A stretch of DNA of 64,000 nt from NCBI RefSeq assembly GCF_000143415.4, contig NW_003314269.1:86401-150400 (forward strand), read 5' to 3'. Below, in pieces: positions 50,238 to 63,699 of the stretch. A program made the translations under genes and the position numbers. The notes beneath the pieces are model-generated. The model did no database searches, had not been told where the DNA came from, and saw only the letters and a program-made list of their open reading frames with translations. Source of the DNA: Selaginella moellendorffii (taxonomy: Eukaryota; Plantae; Lycopodiophyta). How positions within the stretch are numbered: position 1 is the stretch's first letter; each line of letters begins with the position of its first letter.

Positions 50238-51182
50238 AAATTGTATCATGAAATTTAAGTATTTTATGTTCGCATCATGTTCCCACCAGGCCAGGTGGCC
50301 TTTGCATTCGGCAGAAACAAGGAATTGGTTTTGGTCACCAAAAATGTCAGCGTACTATCCCTTGAATCAGTCTGCTCTGGGAATAGAAAACCAGGACAGC
50401 CATTCCGGAACTAAAATGGTCTAAATGGACGAGGCAGTGTGAGAAGTGCAAAAGAGTGACTATTCAAAAGAAAGTACTGCTCTGGAGAATTAAGCTGCTG
50501 CGAACAACTACTACTACTAGGCATGATAAGTGGCAGCAACGCCACTACCCACAACCGATGCTATGCTTGAATTAGCAGAAAGACCTGCAGCCCCTGCAGA
50601 TTGGAGAATGGCGCACAGACTTCCCGCAGGAGCAGCACCTCCGTAAAGACTCATCAGACTCGCCGCTGCCGACCCGGTGCTGATCCCGCAGCCCCAAAAC
50701 CCGCAGCTGCGGAGAAACTACGGCTGGTGTTGCTACTTTCCACCCACTATTCACAATGCTTGCAGGACAGCTAGGCTAGTTGAAAATGCCATGGTTGACT
50801 TCAATGTTCGAGTACCTTACAGAGCATCACCAAAGGCACAACACGGCGTTAGACGAGACGAGCACCAGATAGATTGACAAGTAGCCTTTTCGTTCCGCTG
50901 GCAATAGCATTGCGCTATACCCAGGCACGGCAACTCATCATGGATCTGGGCGGCAGGCAGCAGGGGAACGTGGACACCAGTTGTAGCACAATAAAAGATA
51001 AACTTGTCGGTGGCCTAAAAGTTTGGTAGAATTTGTAGAGTATAACATGTTTGCTGGGGCACATAAGGGGTGATGCTATCTACCTACTCTCCCTTCACTC
51101 ACTCTCAAGCTTGAGCAGCCCTTTGCTCCTTCGTTCATATATTGTGCCTCAGATTGATAACTAAGTGATTAAATCTAAGAAA

Positions 51183-52228
51183 ATGGCAAAATCAAGCATG
51201 ATGTTCATTCTTTCACTTGCATGTCTCCTCCTTGCGAGTTTTTTTCATGTTTCAGCCATGGTGGAGACATCTTTGGTATGGCAAACTTGCTGTCTAAAGT
51301 TTTGTTGTTAATTACTTTTAAATCTTTTTGCAAGGCATACAGGAGGTACTGCCTACAAATGAAACTTCATCAGCATCAGACTGGATCTAGTTGACAGAAT
51401 GGTCACTGAAAGTCTTAGCATCTGATTCTTGGGTCGTAGGCTGGGCAAAGGGTTTCCACATGGGTTATGAAGGTAAGAATGAAACTGAATCAGAATAACT
51501 ACTATGTAAGCTTAAGAGTGTGATTCTCAGATTTGGGCATGCTTAAGCAGAGCCATTTTTTAAAACATCTCAAAGTATATTTTCCCATCGGAGAAAGTGA
51601 CGACATCACATCATGACATCACTAATCTCATTAGATGAGGATCAGATTTATGCTTAAATTTAGGATAAAAGATGACACTTAGCAAAGAAACTTTGAAGAC
51701 AAGGTCCTTTGGCTTGGCTTGTGGCTCTACTTTTCTACCATAACATCACATTCTCTACTCACCACCACAACGCGCATTGGGACAGGTTCTAGTGGAAGCC
51801 AAGAGACTCAGACCTCGTCCTCAAAGTTCCTTTGCTAAGTGTCAATCCTTTTATCATCCTTGAGATCATTGTGATATACATCCCTGGTGGCTTCCCTGAT
51901 TATCATTGGGTATCTGGGCAATGCTAGACTCCAATCAAGTTCATCAAAATTGATCTAACTGTTATCGTGAGCATCTCAAAGTTCCTTTGCTTGGTGTCAT
52001 CCTTTATCCGGTGACTATCATCCTTGAGATCATTGGGGGATCATTGTGATGTACATCCCTGGTGGCCGATTATCATTGGCATCATCTGCAAGTATCTGTA
52101 TGTAGACACCAATCAAGTTCATTAAAGTTGATCTCGTGAGCCTCAAGAATTATCAATCTTCCGTGATTATCTTTGGCAGTTGCATTTTCCTAGTGCTGGG
52201 TGCACTGGTTAATATCCTTAAGTCGGTG
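51183..52228 (+). pseudogene. Degenerate copy of the secreted-protein gene (paralogue of 49300-50237)
   Basis: ATGGCAAAATCAAGC at 51183, same insert and tandem exon-2 duplication, with additional deletions. Confidence 0.75.
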
Positions 52229-53488
52229 GTTTAACATGAAATTTAATTATGTTCGCATCATGTTCCCACCAGACCAAGCAGAATTTTAGGAATCGTACAA
52301 TGGATGTAGTCCGAACCAAGTCTGCCATCAAAGGTGGCCACCCATGATGCTCTCGTATGTCGAGTTCGTTCTTTGGGAAATAGGAGTAAAAGTTTGAAGT
52401 TGCATATTTCTTTACTGTATTTACACAGAATTGGAGAGTTGGCTGATCTTCTTGGAGTGACGCTCTCTCCAGGAGGTGTAGTTCGGCCTGCTCTTGGAGC
52501 CAAAAGTTCTGCACCGCAGTCCTCGTCCAGATCGTCAGGGACTCGGCCAATCCTGCTGCCAGGTGGCCTTTGCATTCGGCAGAAACAAGGAATTGGTTTT
52601 GGTCACCAAAAATGCCAGCGTACTAGAATCAGTCTGCTCTGGGTATAGAAAACCAGGACAGCCATTCCAGAACTAAAATGGTCTAAATGGACGAGGCAGT
52701 GTGAGAAGTGCAAAAGATTGGCTATTCGAAAGAGGGTACTGCTTTGGAGAATTAAGCTGCTGCAAACAGTTACTTTGGAACAGTAATACAAACAGCACCT
52801 CTGTAAAGATTAGACTTTAACCCCCCCCTTACTTGGCTACCCCCTTGCCACGCTCACTCCTCGCTCCCTCTGTGGCACTTTGTGTCACGCCTGAGTCCTA
52901 AATGTTTAACGACTAAAATTAAATTAGTAACGTTAAAATTTAATTAGTAGATGTTGTTAACAGGTACATTAACGACTATAATTTTGTATAATTTATAAGT
53001 ATATAACCTACACTTGGTTTAGATTTTTTCTCATGTTCCTTTTTATATTTTCTTTCTTATTTTTATCATTCTCTTTTGTATATAGGAATATATAAATCAT
53101 TCTTACTTTTTCTGTTCTTATTGAGAGAATTAATAATAAAACAATCTTTAATTTATAGTAATGAAGTGGTTATGCAAATCCAAATAAGCAAATGGGGCCC
53201 ACCCTAAATAAAAAGGGTGCTGAATTGTGCATTCTACCTGAAAATGCCATGGTTGACTTCAGTGTTCAGGGTTAGACAAGACGAGCACCAGATAGATTGA
53301 CAGGTAGCCTTTTTGTTCCACGCGCAACAGCATTGCACTATACCCAGACATGGCAACTCATCACGGACCTGGGCGAGCAGGCAGCAGGAGAACGTGGACA
53401 TTAGTTGTAGCACACCTGATTATGACGAGTACACCTGCAAAGTCGTCAGGAATATCAAGCTCTTGGACTTTGTTACAAAAGCAGACCA

Positions 53489-55648
53489 TGTTGTATTATG
53501 AAACGGTGTTGTGTTATTGTTGATACATGGTAAAATATATGGGTTTATTGTGACGATCCATGGCGGCATCTGGATCACTCACGTGGCTGTGTGCTGACGT
53601 GGTCTCGTTCACTCCTCCTCAAGGCCAACGTCTAAAGTCAGCCCAAGAGCCTTCGTTCAAAGTTAGCTGGTTAGTCCCTACCACGTACCTCATAATACGT
53701 TTCAAAAGCCTGCCAGTGTGCTGTGGAGGGATGGTCCAGGTACTTCGCCACTGTTCCCACAGCATACACAAGGTCAGGCCAAGTGGAGATTACCAGGTAG
53801 ATCAGGCTGCCGACCATAGAGCGATAGACTGCTCTAGATGCTTTCTCCTCCTTGGGAGATTGATCAAGGTACTCTCCACTCTCAGCAGATAATTTCGTGC
53901 CTGCATCCATGAGCAAGGGCATACCTCTGGAGCACGTTGGAAACATATTTTGCCTGGCTTAGCTCCAGAGTGCCTCGCTCCCTGTTGTGCGTCACCTCAG
54001 AAATGTAACTCACCAAGGTCTTTCAATCTATTTTCGTGTACCATTGGCGTGGCGACTGCTTGAGTCCGTAGAGAGCTTTGTTAAGCTTGCAAACGAGGTG
54101 TTCTTCTCCAGGCTGGATAAAACCAGGAGGCTGAGCCACATACACCTCTTCATCGATGACGCTGTTAAGGAATGCAGTACAAACGTCAAGTTGAAGCTCG
54201 AGATCCAATTCTGCAGCTAAGATACGAATGGTTGTGAGTTTCACCACAAGGCTGTAAGTCTCCGTGTAGTCCAGCTCATGAACTTGAGAAAATCCGCATG
54301 CCACAAATCTCACCTTGTAGCGCTCAATGCTTCCATCGGTGTTGTATTTTTTCTTAAACAACCACTTGGATGAGACAAGCTTTCTTCGAGCTGGAAGTTC
54401 AACCAGCGACCAAGTGTTGTTTTTCTGGAGAGAATCATACTCCTCCTGCTGGCTGCCTGCCAGTGCTCAGCTTCTGGTTCGTGTAGAGCCGCCTAGGGAC
54501 TGATGGAGCCGTCATAGCCCAGAAGTAGGCATGCTTTCCTGTAGGCATCACCTCCTTGGCCTTAAGAGATGGTTTCACGACACGACCCGAGCGTGTCACC
54601 GGCTGGAGGAGGTGGTAGCTTGGGAATGCGGAGGAGTGGTGGCATCTTGATATAGCTCGTCGCCAACGAACAGGTCAGCCACGAGCCTGGAAAGATCTGG
54701 CCGTTCCAGGTCGGTGGTGCTTGAGGATGTGGCCTGTGGAGTTGTCAAGGAAGAGAAGTACCGTGAGCAGCTCCTCCTGCCAGATCGCCTCCTCTGGGCG
54801 CTCCTTCAGCAACTCCTGGCTCTGCATCGGCTGGATTGTCTGGGTGGAGATGCCAAAATCTCAGAAAGATCCACGAGAGGTGGTGGAGAAACAGGAGGGA
54901 GTCTCTGGGTATCTCGATAAAGATGAGCTTCATCAAACACCACATCTCGGCTCACCATAGGCTTTTATCTATGCATTTCTCGCTCTTGGGATCCAACTTC
55001 TAATGATGCCCTAATGTCCCTGTCCCTGTAGAGAGTCTCAGCTCGTCTACCAGAAGCTACTGGATGGCCAGTATCGTCAAAGATGGTGCATCTGTCTGTG
55101 TTGAGAAGCCTTGATCTGCTAGTACACCAGCTGAGAACACTGTCTGTCCTGCTTCTAGTACGTAGTAGACCTGGTTCACAAGCTTCTCAGCTCCACTCTC
55201 CAACTTTATGATGACCGTGCCTTCCACTGTTAAGGGGCGTTTGTCTCTTACAAAAACTTGCTTCTCCTGCTCCAATGGCTGGTACTTGTGGAAAGCTATC
55301 TTCAACTGTGTGAGGTGCATCAAGGCTCCAAAATCCATCTAGAGCACTTCGGCTTTGGACACAGTGGATGAAGATGAAGCAAGCGTCATCATCAGCATCG
55401 TGTCAGGTTGGCATAAAAGAAGAGCTTCTTTCAGCGCGAGCTTTCTCTGCGGCTTTCTTGATCCAGCATTCACGCTCCACGTGGTCAGCTTTGCCGCAGT
55501 AGCTACATGGGCCCTTGCGTTTTTTATTGGTTGCAAATCCAGGGCTGGGAGAAGGGCCTTTTTGTCCTCGAACAGGGCCATCTCGTTTCTTCCCACCCGA
55601 TTGCTTTCCCATGATCAAGGCCTGCTCCACCCGAGCAGCCTGAGAGCT
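53489..55648 (-). mobile_element. Internally deleted Ty1/copia retrotransposon
   Basis: Gag zinc knuckle CSYCGKADHVERECW (55403-55717), protease-like DFGALMHLT (55057-55338), copia RT KKKYNTDGSIERYKVRFVACGFSQ and LNKALYGLKQSPRQW (54023-54361), YRSMVGSLIYL (53671-53946). Confidence 0.9.
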
Positions 55649-55649
55649 G

Positions 55650-55897
55650 TGACATGAAATCCGCATAGAGATGAATCCCTCTGGTGCCGCAGCGTCGCCA
55701 TCGCCATCATCTCTCATTCTCTATCAAAATATTTCGAGATAGAATTAAAAACCCTCACGGCTATGGTGTCGCTAGGAAATATTTCCACCCCAGCCACGAT
55801 CAATCCCACTCGCTACGCTGCTGCTGCCGGATCGAGCAAACACCAATGCAAGCTTCCATCGCCGCGAGGGATGAACTGCTAGGGCTCATCTCTGATG
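55650..55897 (+). pseudogene. Inverted duplicate of the FBN9 5' end and upstream region
   Basis: Reverse complement of ~35195-35440 with small deletions (ATGGTGTCGCTAGGAAATATTTCCACCCCAGCC...). Confidence 0.8.
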
Positions 55898-58570
55898 GCC
55901 TTTTTAATTAGAGAAATGATCAAGCGCAATCTAGATTCTGTCCTCCAGACTCCAAAATCTGCGAAGGGTTTCTGCCCAAGGACGAATCTCGAGCATTGAG
56001 ACTGCGGGCAATCTGACATCATGTTTAAGATTAGTAGAGTTTTATTTCGTTGTTTATTTTAAACTTTATCGGACAGGTTAATAGAGTAATGCAAGAACGG
56101 ACTTAAGGATATTGACCAGTGCACCCAGCACTAGGAAAATGCAGACAGAAGCATAGCATCGGTTGTGGGTAGTGGCGTTGCTGCCACTTATCATGCCTAG
56201 TAGTAGTAGTTGTTCGCAGCAGCTTAATTCTCCAGAGCAGTACTTTCTTTTGAATAGTCACTCTTTTGCACTTCTCACACTGCCTCGTCCATTTAGACCA
56301 TTTTAGTTCCGGAATGGCTGTCCTGGTTTTCTATTCCCAGAGCAGACTGATTCAAGGGATAGTTCGCTGACATTTTTGGTGACCAAAACCAATTCCTTGA
56401 TTCTGCCGAATGCAAAGGCCACCTGGCCTGGTGGGAACATGATGCGAACATAAAATACTTAAATTTCATGATACAGTTTTAATAGAGTAATCCCAGCACC
56501 GACTCAAGGATATTAACCAGTGCACCCAGCACTAGGAAAATGCAACTGCCAAAGATAATCACGGAAGATTGATAATTCCTGAGGCTCACGAGATCAACTT
56601 TAATGAACTTGATTGGTGTCTACATACAGATACTTGCAGATGATGCCAATGATAATCGGCCACCAACATCACAATGATCCCCCAATGATCTCAAGGATGA
56701 TAATCACTGGATAAAGGATGACACCAAGCAAAGGAACTTTGAGATGCTCACGATAACAGTTAGATCAATTTTGATGAACTTGATTGGAGTCTCACTATAA
56801 TGGCATTGCCCAGACACCCAACGATAATCAGGCAAGGGAAGCCACCAGGGATGTGTATCACAATGATCTCAAGGATGATAATCATCAGATAAAGGATTGA
56901 CACTTAGCAAAGGAACTTTGAGGACAAGGTCTGAGTCTCTTGGCTTTCACTAGGACCCGTCCCAATGCGCGCTGTGGTGGCGAGTAGAGAATGTGATGTT
57001 GTGGTTGTGGCTTCACCCTAAACCAGTGAAGCCACAAGCCAAGGCAAAGAACCTTGTCTTCAAAGTTTCCTTCACACTATCCAAGAAATATTAGAAAATT
57101 AAATTGAAGAAAATGGCAAAATCAAGCATAACATTCGTTCTGACATTTTCTTGCCTCATCCTTGCGAGTGTTGTTCATGTTTCAGCGTTAGACAGTGATG
57201 TTAGTGGAGACCTCTCTGGTATAGTATATATAACTTGGTCTAAAGTTATGTTTGACTCTTTGTCTATGAAAATCTTGTTGTATCCAAATCAGCTGGACAT
57301 GCATTGCAACAAAGTCGTCGTCCACGTCAGATTTCACACTAAAGCTAAGATTCCTCTCGTGGTCATGGACTCGGTTCTGCCGCCATGTGCCTTTGACTTG
57401 GTGGCAACGTCACCAAGAAGGCCAGCACACTCTCACTTGAATCAATTCGCTCACCAGGGCAGCCATTCAGAACTCAAGGTGAAAGACACAGAGCTGCAAC
57501 CAAGTAGTATTTATGGGACAGACTAATATACTACTAGGCATGATCACGTGACGCAAGCGGCACAATGCCGCTACCCAAAACAGATGCTGTGGTAGTGGCC
57601 ATAGCGGAAAGCCATGCAGTGCTTGGAGAGACTGAAGAATGGCACAAGCACTTCCGGCACAAACAACACCACCGTAAAGACTCATCAGTCTCGCCGCTGC
57701 TGACCCGGCACTGATCCCCACCACCCCGAAACCCATAGCTCGATGCCCACAGAATCTATGACCAGCCCTCCAGCCAAAACAGCAGCAATCGCCAACAGCA
57801 TCTTGTTGAACAAAAGAAAACACCTCGTGCTGATGGTGAACAGCGCTTTCAGGTCATCTCCTTGAAACCCGAGGGTGTAAAGATTCAGTCTCATAGATTT
57901 TTCAGACCACTCTGCCGATGTGGATTGAAGACTCTCTTGTTGGACTGCTGGCTTCTGGCTTTAAAGATTGTATAAATTTAATTAGAAACGTAAGATTTCC
58001 CCTAACATTTAGTCAGAAACGTCATAGCTTCAACATAAGCCTATATAAAAAAGTTTGGTAGAATTTGTAGAGTATAACATGTTTGCACATAAGGGGTGAT
58101 GCTATCTACCTACTCTTCCTTTACTCACTCTCAAGCTTGAGCAGCCCTTTGCTCCTTCGTTCATATGTTGTGCCTCAGATTGATAACTAAGCAACATTAG
58201 GTGATTAAATCGAGCATGATGTTCATGCATGCCTCCTCCTTGCGAGTTTTTTTTTTTCATGTTTCAGCCATGGTGGAGACATCTTTGGTATGGCAAACTT
58301 GCTTTCTAAAGCTTGCGTCGTATCCAGTGGGGAAAAGAGTTTCCACAAGGGTTATGAGGTAAGAATGCATCTGAATCAGAACAACTATGTAGGTTTAAGA
58401 GTGTGATCCAAACCTTGAACAGAGTCATTTTTTAAAACATCTGAAAGTATATTTTCCCATTGGAGAAAGTGACGACATCACTTCCCGCAGCATCACGACG
58501 TCACTAATCTCATTTGGTTTCCTAGGATCAGATTTATGCTCAAATTTAGGATAAAAGATGACACTTAGCG
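55898..58570. repeat. Scrambled segmental duplicate of 48110-50570
   Basis: 55898-56125 is inverted 48110-48348; 56140-57060 is inverted 49660-50570; 57265-58570 is direct 48348-49652; includes an exon-1-only gene copy at 57112-57265. Confidence 0.85.
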
Positions 58571-59112
58571 AGTCATGCCTTTAAATACTCGACAAATCAC
58601 TAAATATGGTTCTTTGTTTATAATTAGTTACAAAACTATACCAAACTTTTAAGCCACCTGTAAAGTAAATCAGGACTTTTGCAATGAGTATATCTTAAAT
58701 ATTTCATTATATCTCATGTAATCGCTTTTCAAAATAGGAGAACAGCCGAATATACTCTTCCAGTTATAGGATTCAGTTATAGTTCCACAAGAAAGTGAGA
58801 ATTGTTGACGTCACACTTAGGTATTTTCAAAGGGCATGTCTGTCCTTACAAGGGGACTAAGTTGCTGTAGCAGCTGCGAGGGGCTAGCTGAAGGCTGGCA
58901 GAACTGAATCTATCTATAGCTAGCATAAGCATGTGTAGATGTCAAGAAAAATTTGGCATTGTCAATATAGGTCTAAACGGTGGTTTATTTTATGTAAAGC
59001 TAAACTTCTCACCCTTGGATTTCCTAGTTGAAAAAGAAATGAATTTCCAGTTTAAAAAACACAGTTAATTCAAGATTTGTTTTATTTTAAACATTGTGCA
59101 TTTTATCAGAGC

Positions 59113-59715
59113 TTAATAGAGTAATCCCAGGACCGACTGAAGGATATTAACCAGTGCACTCAGCACAAGGAAAATGCAACTGTTTGGAGTAACAAGGATA
59201 ATCACACTCTGCAGAAGCTTGATAGTTGTAATGAGGCTCACAATAACAGTTAGATCAACTTTGATGAACTTGATTGGAGTCCACACAGGAATGGCATTGC
59301 CCAGATACTTGCAAATGACGCCAATGATAATTGGGCAAGGAAAGCCACCAGGGATGTAAATCACAATGATCTCAAGGATGATAATCACCGGATAAAGGAT
59401 GACACATAGCAAAGGAACTTTGAGGACGAGGTCCTTTAGACTGGCTATAACTTGAGTGACTAATTCAAGTACTTTGTCAACTACATCCAGTGGGACACCA
59501 ATGTCTGATGCTGATGAAGTTTCATTTGTGGGAAGTACCCCCTTTAGAGACCTCATAGTGCCTTGCCAGAACGATTTAAGAGTTAACAAACAAAACTTTA
59601 GACCAAGTTATGGCATACCAGAGAGGTCTCCACTAACATCAGCTGAAACATGAAGAACACTAGCAAGGAGGAGGCATGCAAGTGGGAGAATAAACACAAT
59701 GTTTGATTTTGCCAT
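59113..59715 (-). CDS. Uncharacterised hydrophobic secreted protein, 181 aa (intact paralogue of copy A)
   Basis: Exon 1 59715-59619, intron 59618-59562, exon 2 59561-59113; part of a direct duplication of ~33130-35195 at 58570-60468. Confidence 0.8.
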
Positions 59716-59844
59716 TTCTTCGATTTAATCTGCTTAGATAGTGTGAGTTATCAATCTGAGGGACATTCATGCCTTTAAATACTCGACAAATCACACCAAA
59801 CTTTTAGGCCACCCATAAGCAGGACTTTCGCGATGAGTACTGTG

Positions 59845-60468
59845 ATTTCATCTCAAGCTCCAAAAGTCCGCTTCGTCTATCCAATCATAGGGAAAGTATC
59901 CTCGAATATCCTTGGCCAGCCGAATATGCTCGTCCAGATATACGTTAATAGATCGCTCCAATTATTTGTACTGGTAAAATCTGTAAAAACTTACCAGCCT
60001 TTACCCAAGGGAGGGACTGGTAAACTCCAGGTATCACTTCGAAGAAGCGCGCCAGTAAACCTATTGCCAGAAGAACATATCAAAGGAAATCACCACTGGA
60101 GTGGAATTCCACTCTCTTGTCCGAGACAACTTCCATCGTGGACGCCACCACGAACGCGGTGGAAATTTATGACATTGTTTAATCGATTCTCGCCCCGCAT
60201 AGAACAAGAGCCTAGATTTCATTCCTGTGGTCTTTATTCTTCTTTCACCTGGAGAATGTCGCCAGCGCGAGTGCCAAATAGAGGCGCCTTGTCCACGATG
60301 AAGAGCTGCTCCTTCTCGGTCGTCCACAGCATCCTCCACGTCCCTGAGAGGCGCGAATCGGTGGTGATTCCATCCGAGCTCGCCAACTCGGCAGCGAGCG
60401 CCTCAAATGCGCGAAGAATCCTCTCTTTTCTCCTCTTGTCCTTCTGGCTTCTCAGCCCTCTCTCATCG
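59845..60468 (-). pseudogene. 5'-truncated FBN9 duplicate with multiple small deletions
   Basis: Colinear with 34513-35195 but lacks the start, the intron-1 acceptor region and several short exonic segments. Confidence 0.85.
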
Positions 60469-60469
60469 T

Positions 60470-60861
60470 GAGATCTCTAAAGGAGGTACTTCCTAGAAAT
60501 GGAACTTCATCAGACATTGGTGTCCCACTGGATGTAGTTGACAAGTACTTCGAATAGTCACTCAAGGTATAGCCAGTCTAAAGGACCTCGTCCTATGTGT
60601 CATCCTTTATATGGTGATTATCATCCTTGAGATCATTGTGATCCTTGCCCAATTATCATTGGCGTCATTTGCAAGTATCTGAGCAATGCCATTCATGTGT
60701 GGACTCCAATCAAGTTCATCAAAGTTGATCTAACTGTTATTGTGAGCCTCACCACAACTATCAAGCTTCTGCAGAGTGTGATTATTCTTGTTGCTCAGGG
60801 CAGTTGCATTTTCCTTGTGCTGGGTGATATCCTTCAGTTGATGCTAGCATTACTCTATTAA
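60470..60861 (+). pseudogene. Exon-2-only degenerate copy of the secreted-protein gene
   Basis: Homologous to exon 2 (…TCTCTAAAGGAGGTACTT…GCATTACTCTATTAA) with at least five short deletions. Confidence 0.8.
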
Positions 60862-61128
60862 GCTCTGATAAAATGCACAATAACAACCAAATAAATCTTT
60901 AATTAACTGATTTTTCTAAAATTAAAATTGCAAATATCGTTAAATATGTTGTTTTAAGTCTTTGCCCTTTTCCGACTAACGCCACTAAACTGGAGAATCA
61001 TCATTAGCTTTATTTGGTTTTTTCCCACAGATTTGGAGTCTCTTCCACCAGAATCGTCCAAGCACAATCACATGAAAGGCGATTATTGTTGTCCCTTTTA
61101 TTGTTTTGACAAACAAATTGCTGTTCGC

Positions 61129-62165
61129 CTATGATTTGTTTTGAAATGCTCTAATAAGGGAGTCATGGACATCGGTAAAATGTGGTGAGAGGGTCTCCTT
61201 CACATTGCCTAACCATTTTCTTATCTTTTTTTTGGAGTCCAAGAAGGACAAATACTTCTCCTCCCCCAAGAGCTGACACAAAACAAGTAAGAAGACTAGG
61301 TGGTAGAAAAGGAAGTAAAGATAATTACCTCTAGCTCCATAATCTCACAGGAAAGGATCAAATCGGCAACACTTGGCTGAGATGAACCTCCCAGAAAGTT
61401 GGTATTTCCATCCAGCCATATGTCCTCAATGTTTGAGAGAGCAGATTGCAGAGTTTTCTCTGCATCTGCAATTGCCTTGGTGTCTTTTGGAGCACCATTC
61501 ATGGGAAATATAACTTCTGCCAAGAACAAGCCAGCTGCAAAGGGCGTGTCCAAATCTTACGGTTAATCGGATTCATAGAATCAAATATTTACTTACTTGC
61601 ACCCCGGCGAAGATTTCCATGGTGCCAGTCTAAAATACTGTCGATCTGAGCTCTCTGCTGTGGATCTGATGGATACCTGATCCAAAACAAAAGCAGATTT
61701 CATTAGGGACTTTTTAGTATAAACCTACCAGTTATCAGGAACTCCAGGACAGGTTCCAGCAAGGTATTTCAGAATTGCATGGCTGCAAAGTCTACTTGTA
61801 AGTCTGATCAAGCTATAATAGTAGGTTTCAAGAGACCTTTCAAAGAGCTTAAATCCATTCTCCACAATTGCTGGAACTTGGCCCATGGGATTGATTGCTA
61901 GAAAAATGAAAGAAGTCCTCATGAAACAAGAAAAAAGATGGTACCTTACCTTTAAACTCAGTCGTCTTGTGCTCTCCCTTCAAAATGTCAAGGTGATGAA
62001 CCTCTGCTTCTATGTTGTTCAGTCTATATGCACACACAAAAGTTTATCATGGAAAACTTTGGAGCAAAGAAAAGAATTGAACTACTTGCAAAAGATAATA
62101 ATTGCTCGTGATGGCTGTGAGATGATGTTAACATAGAGATGGAGATCCTTCTTGCCTTGCTCCAT
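61129..62165 (-). CDS. GSTT: Glutathione S-transferase, theta class (7 exons)
   Basis: Spliced product MEQGKKDLHLYVNIISQPSRAIIIFCK...INPMGQVPAIVENGFKLFESHAILKYL...WYPSDPQQRAQIDSILDWHHGNLRRGA...SVADLILSCEIMELE...; SQPSRA catalytic-Ser motif and LDWHH.NLRRGA are theta-class signatures; canonical GT-AG introns; stop at 61129-61131. Confidence 0.93.
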
Positions 62166-63596
62166 TTTTACTTGTGATCCTTTTTTCTAACTCTCGCCTA
62201 TAAGAACTACTCTCTTTGGTGAGGCCGCTGTCCCTGGGCATAGGTGGCAACGACACAAGAAAGATAAACACAATCGATAAGAAACAACTGTTTCTTAGGG
62301 TGGAGCATATCTCCAACTTTATGCTTAGATTCTATTTTGCTTCAAACATTAATTCCTATCACCCTATATTTAAAAGATGCTTGAATATTCTAGGATATTT
62401 AATGGTTGTGATTCATTTAGATTAATCTGTATTATAACTTATAAATATATTTATAATTTATAAGCTTTCCTAAAAACTTCTTAATTATTGTACCATCTTA
62501 TGGATGGTATGCAATAAGATTAATCTTGTATTTATAAATTATAAACATGTTTATATTTATAAAATTTGGCCTCACAATTATGCACATTTTAGGCTTAAGA
62601 TGAATTCTATAATTGATGCTCTAACACTCTAGTACTAAGAGTAAAGTTAGACCATAAACATTTACAATATAATTATTATAAATTTAAAAAGATGCATACA
62701 TGGTTATATAGAAAATTCATTGTAGAGTATAATAAGGTCACTAGTCAATGCAAGTTTGAAACTCTCACCAAATCATTCTAATATATGACCATTATGGCCA
62801 CAAATATGTGATGAATACTGATTTGGCTTCATATTGACTTCTCTTCTACTTGAATCACATATTGATCAATTAAATTAATAAATAATATAAACATGAATAA
62901 CACTAATATTAATCACACTAAGTGATGCTATGTATAAGTTTTATAAAATTTAGATATTCAGTTACAAAAGCGGTAAACTTAGAAAATGGCTTAGCTTATT
63001 TTAGTATATTTTGTTTCAGCCTTAGTTTCTGTACACATAAATCAAGAATGTTCAGATATATTTTTGACACACTACATTCATAAATGTGATTGTCATTACA
63101 CACTGTTTAGAGGAAAGTGTTGATAGTGTATTGAGAGGATCTTCCACACATGCTATTGTGGATTCACATTTGGCTTCAGCAAGTGACTATTGTGGTTGTG
63201 AATCACATGCTAAGACAACCAAGAGGAGATGTTATTTGAAAAATAACAAAAGGAATTTTGTTATTTTATGTTGCATTTATATGTCCTCTCTAGCTGTGAA
63301 TAACAATTTTAAATTTTAGAATAACTTTTTTAATAAAGCCACACATATGGTAGAACAGAGTGGCTAACATATGTTAAGATCCACACATGCTAGCAAGTTC
63401 TTAATGCAAATACCAAACTAACTAGCAGACTCTCCTTATAAGTGATGTAGCTTCAACATTTCATCTAGCATATCAACTCTATTAGAGTATCTCATAAAAT
63501 CTTGATAAAAACCATTAAACATAAGTTGAATAATGGTTGTTAACAGTATTGTAAGATTCACAAACCAAAATGTTGCAACACTTTATAAATATGGGG

Positions 63597-63601
<5 letters not shown>

Positions 63602-63653
<52 letters not shown>

Positions 63654-63664
63654 GGGGGGGGGGG
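63602..63664 (+). repeat. (AG)n microsatellite followed by a poly-G run
   Basis: About 24 AG units, then about 14 G. Confidence 0.95.
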
Positions 63665-63699
63665 AAGATCTTACACATAAATGTTAAAGAGATATTAGA

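Noticed and set aside
52810-53220. AT-rich insert with TTAACGACTA repeats as a possible MITE or Helitron end
   Set aside because: No convincing TIR, TSD or Helitron terminus identified.
59833-60471. 212-aa plus-strand ORF (and 34492-35279 plus-strand ORFs)
   Set aside because: Antisense to FBN9 and its pseudogene.
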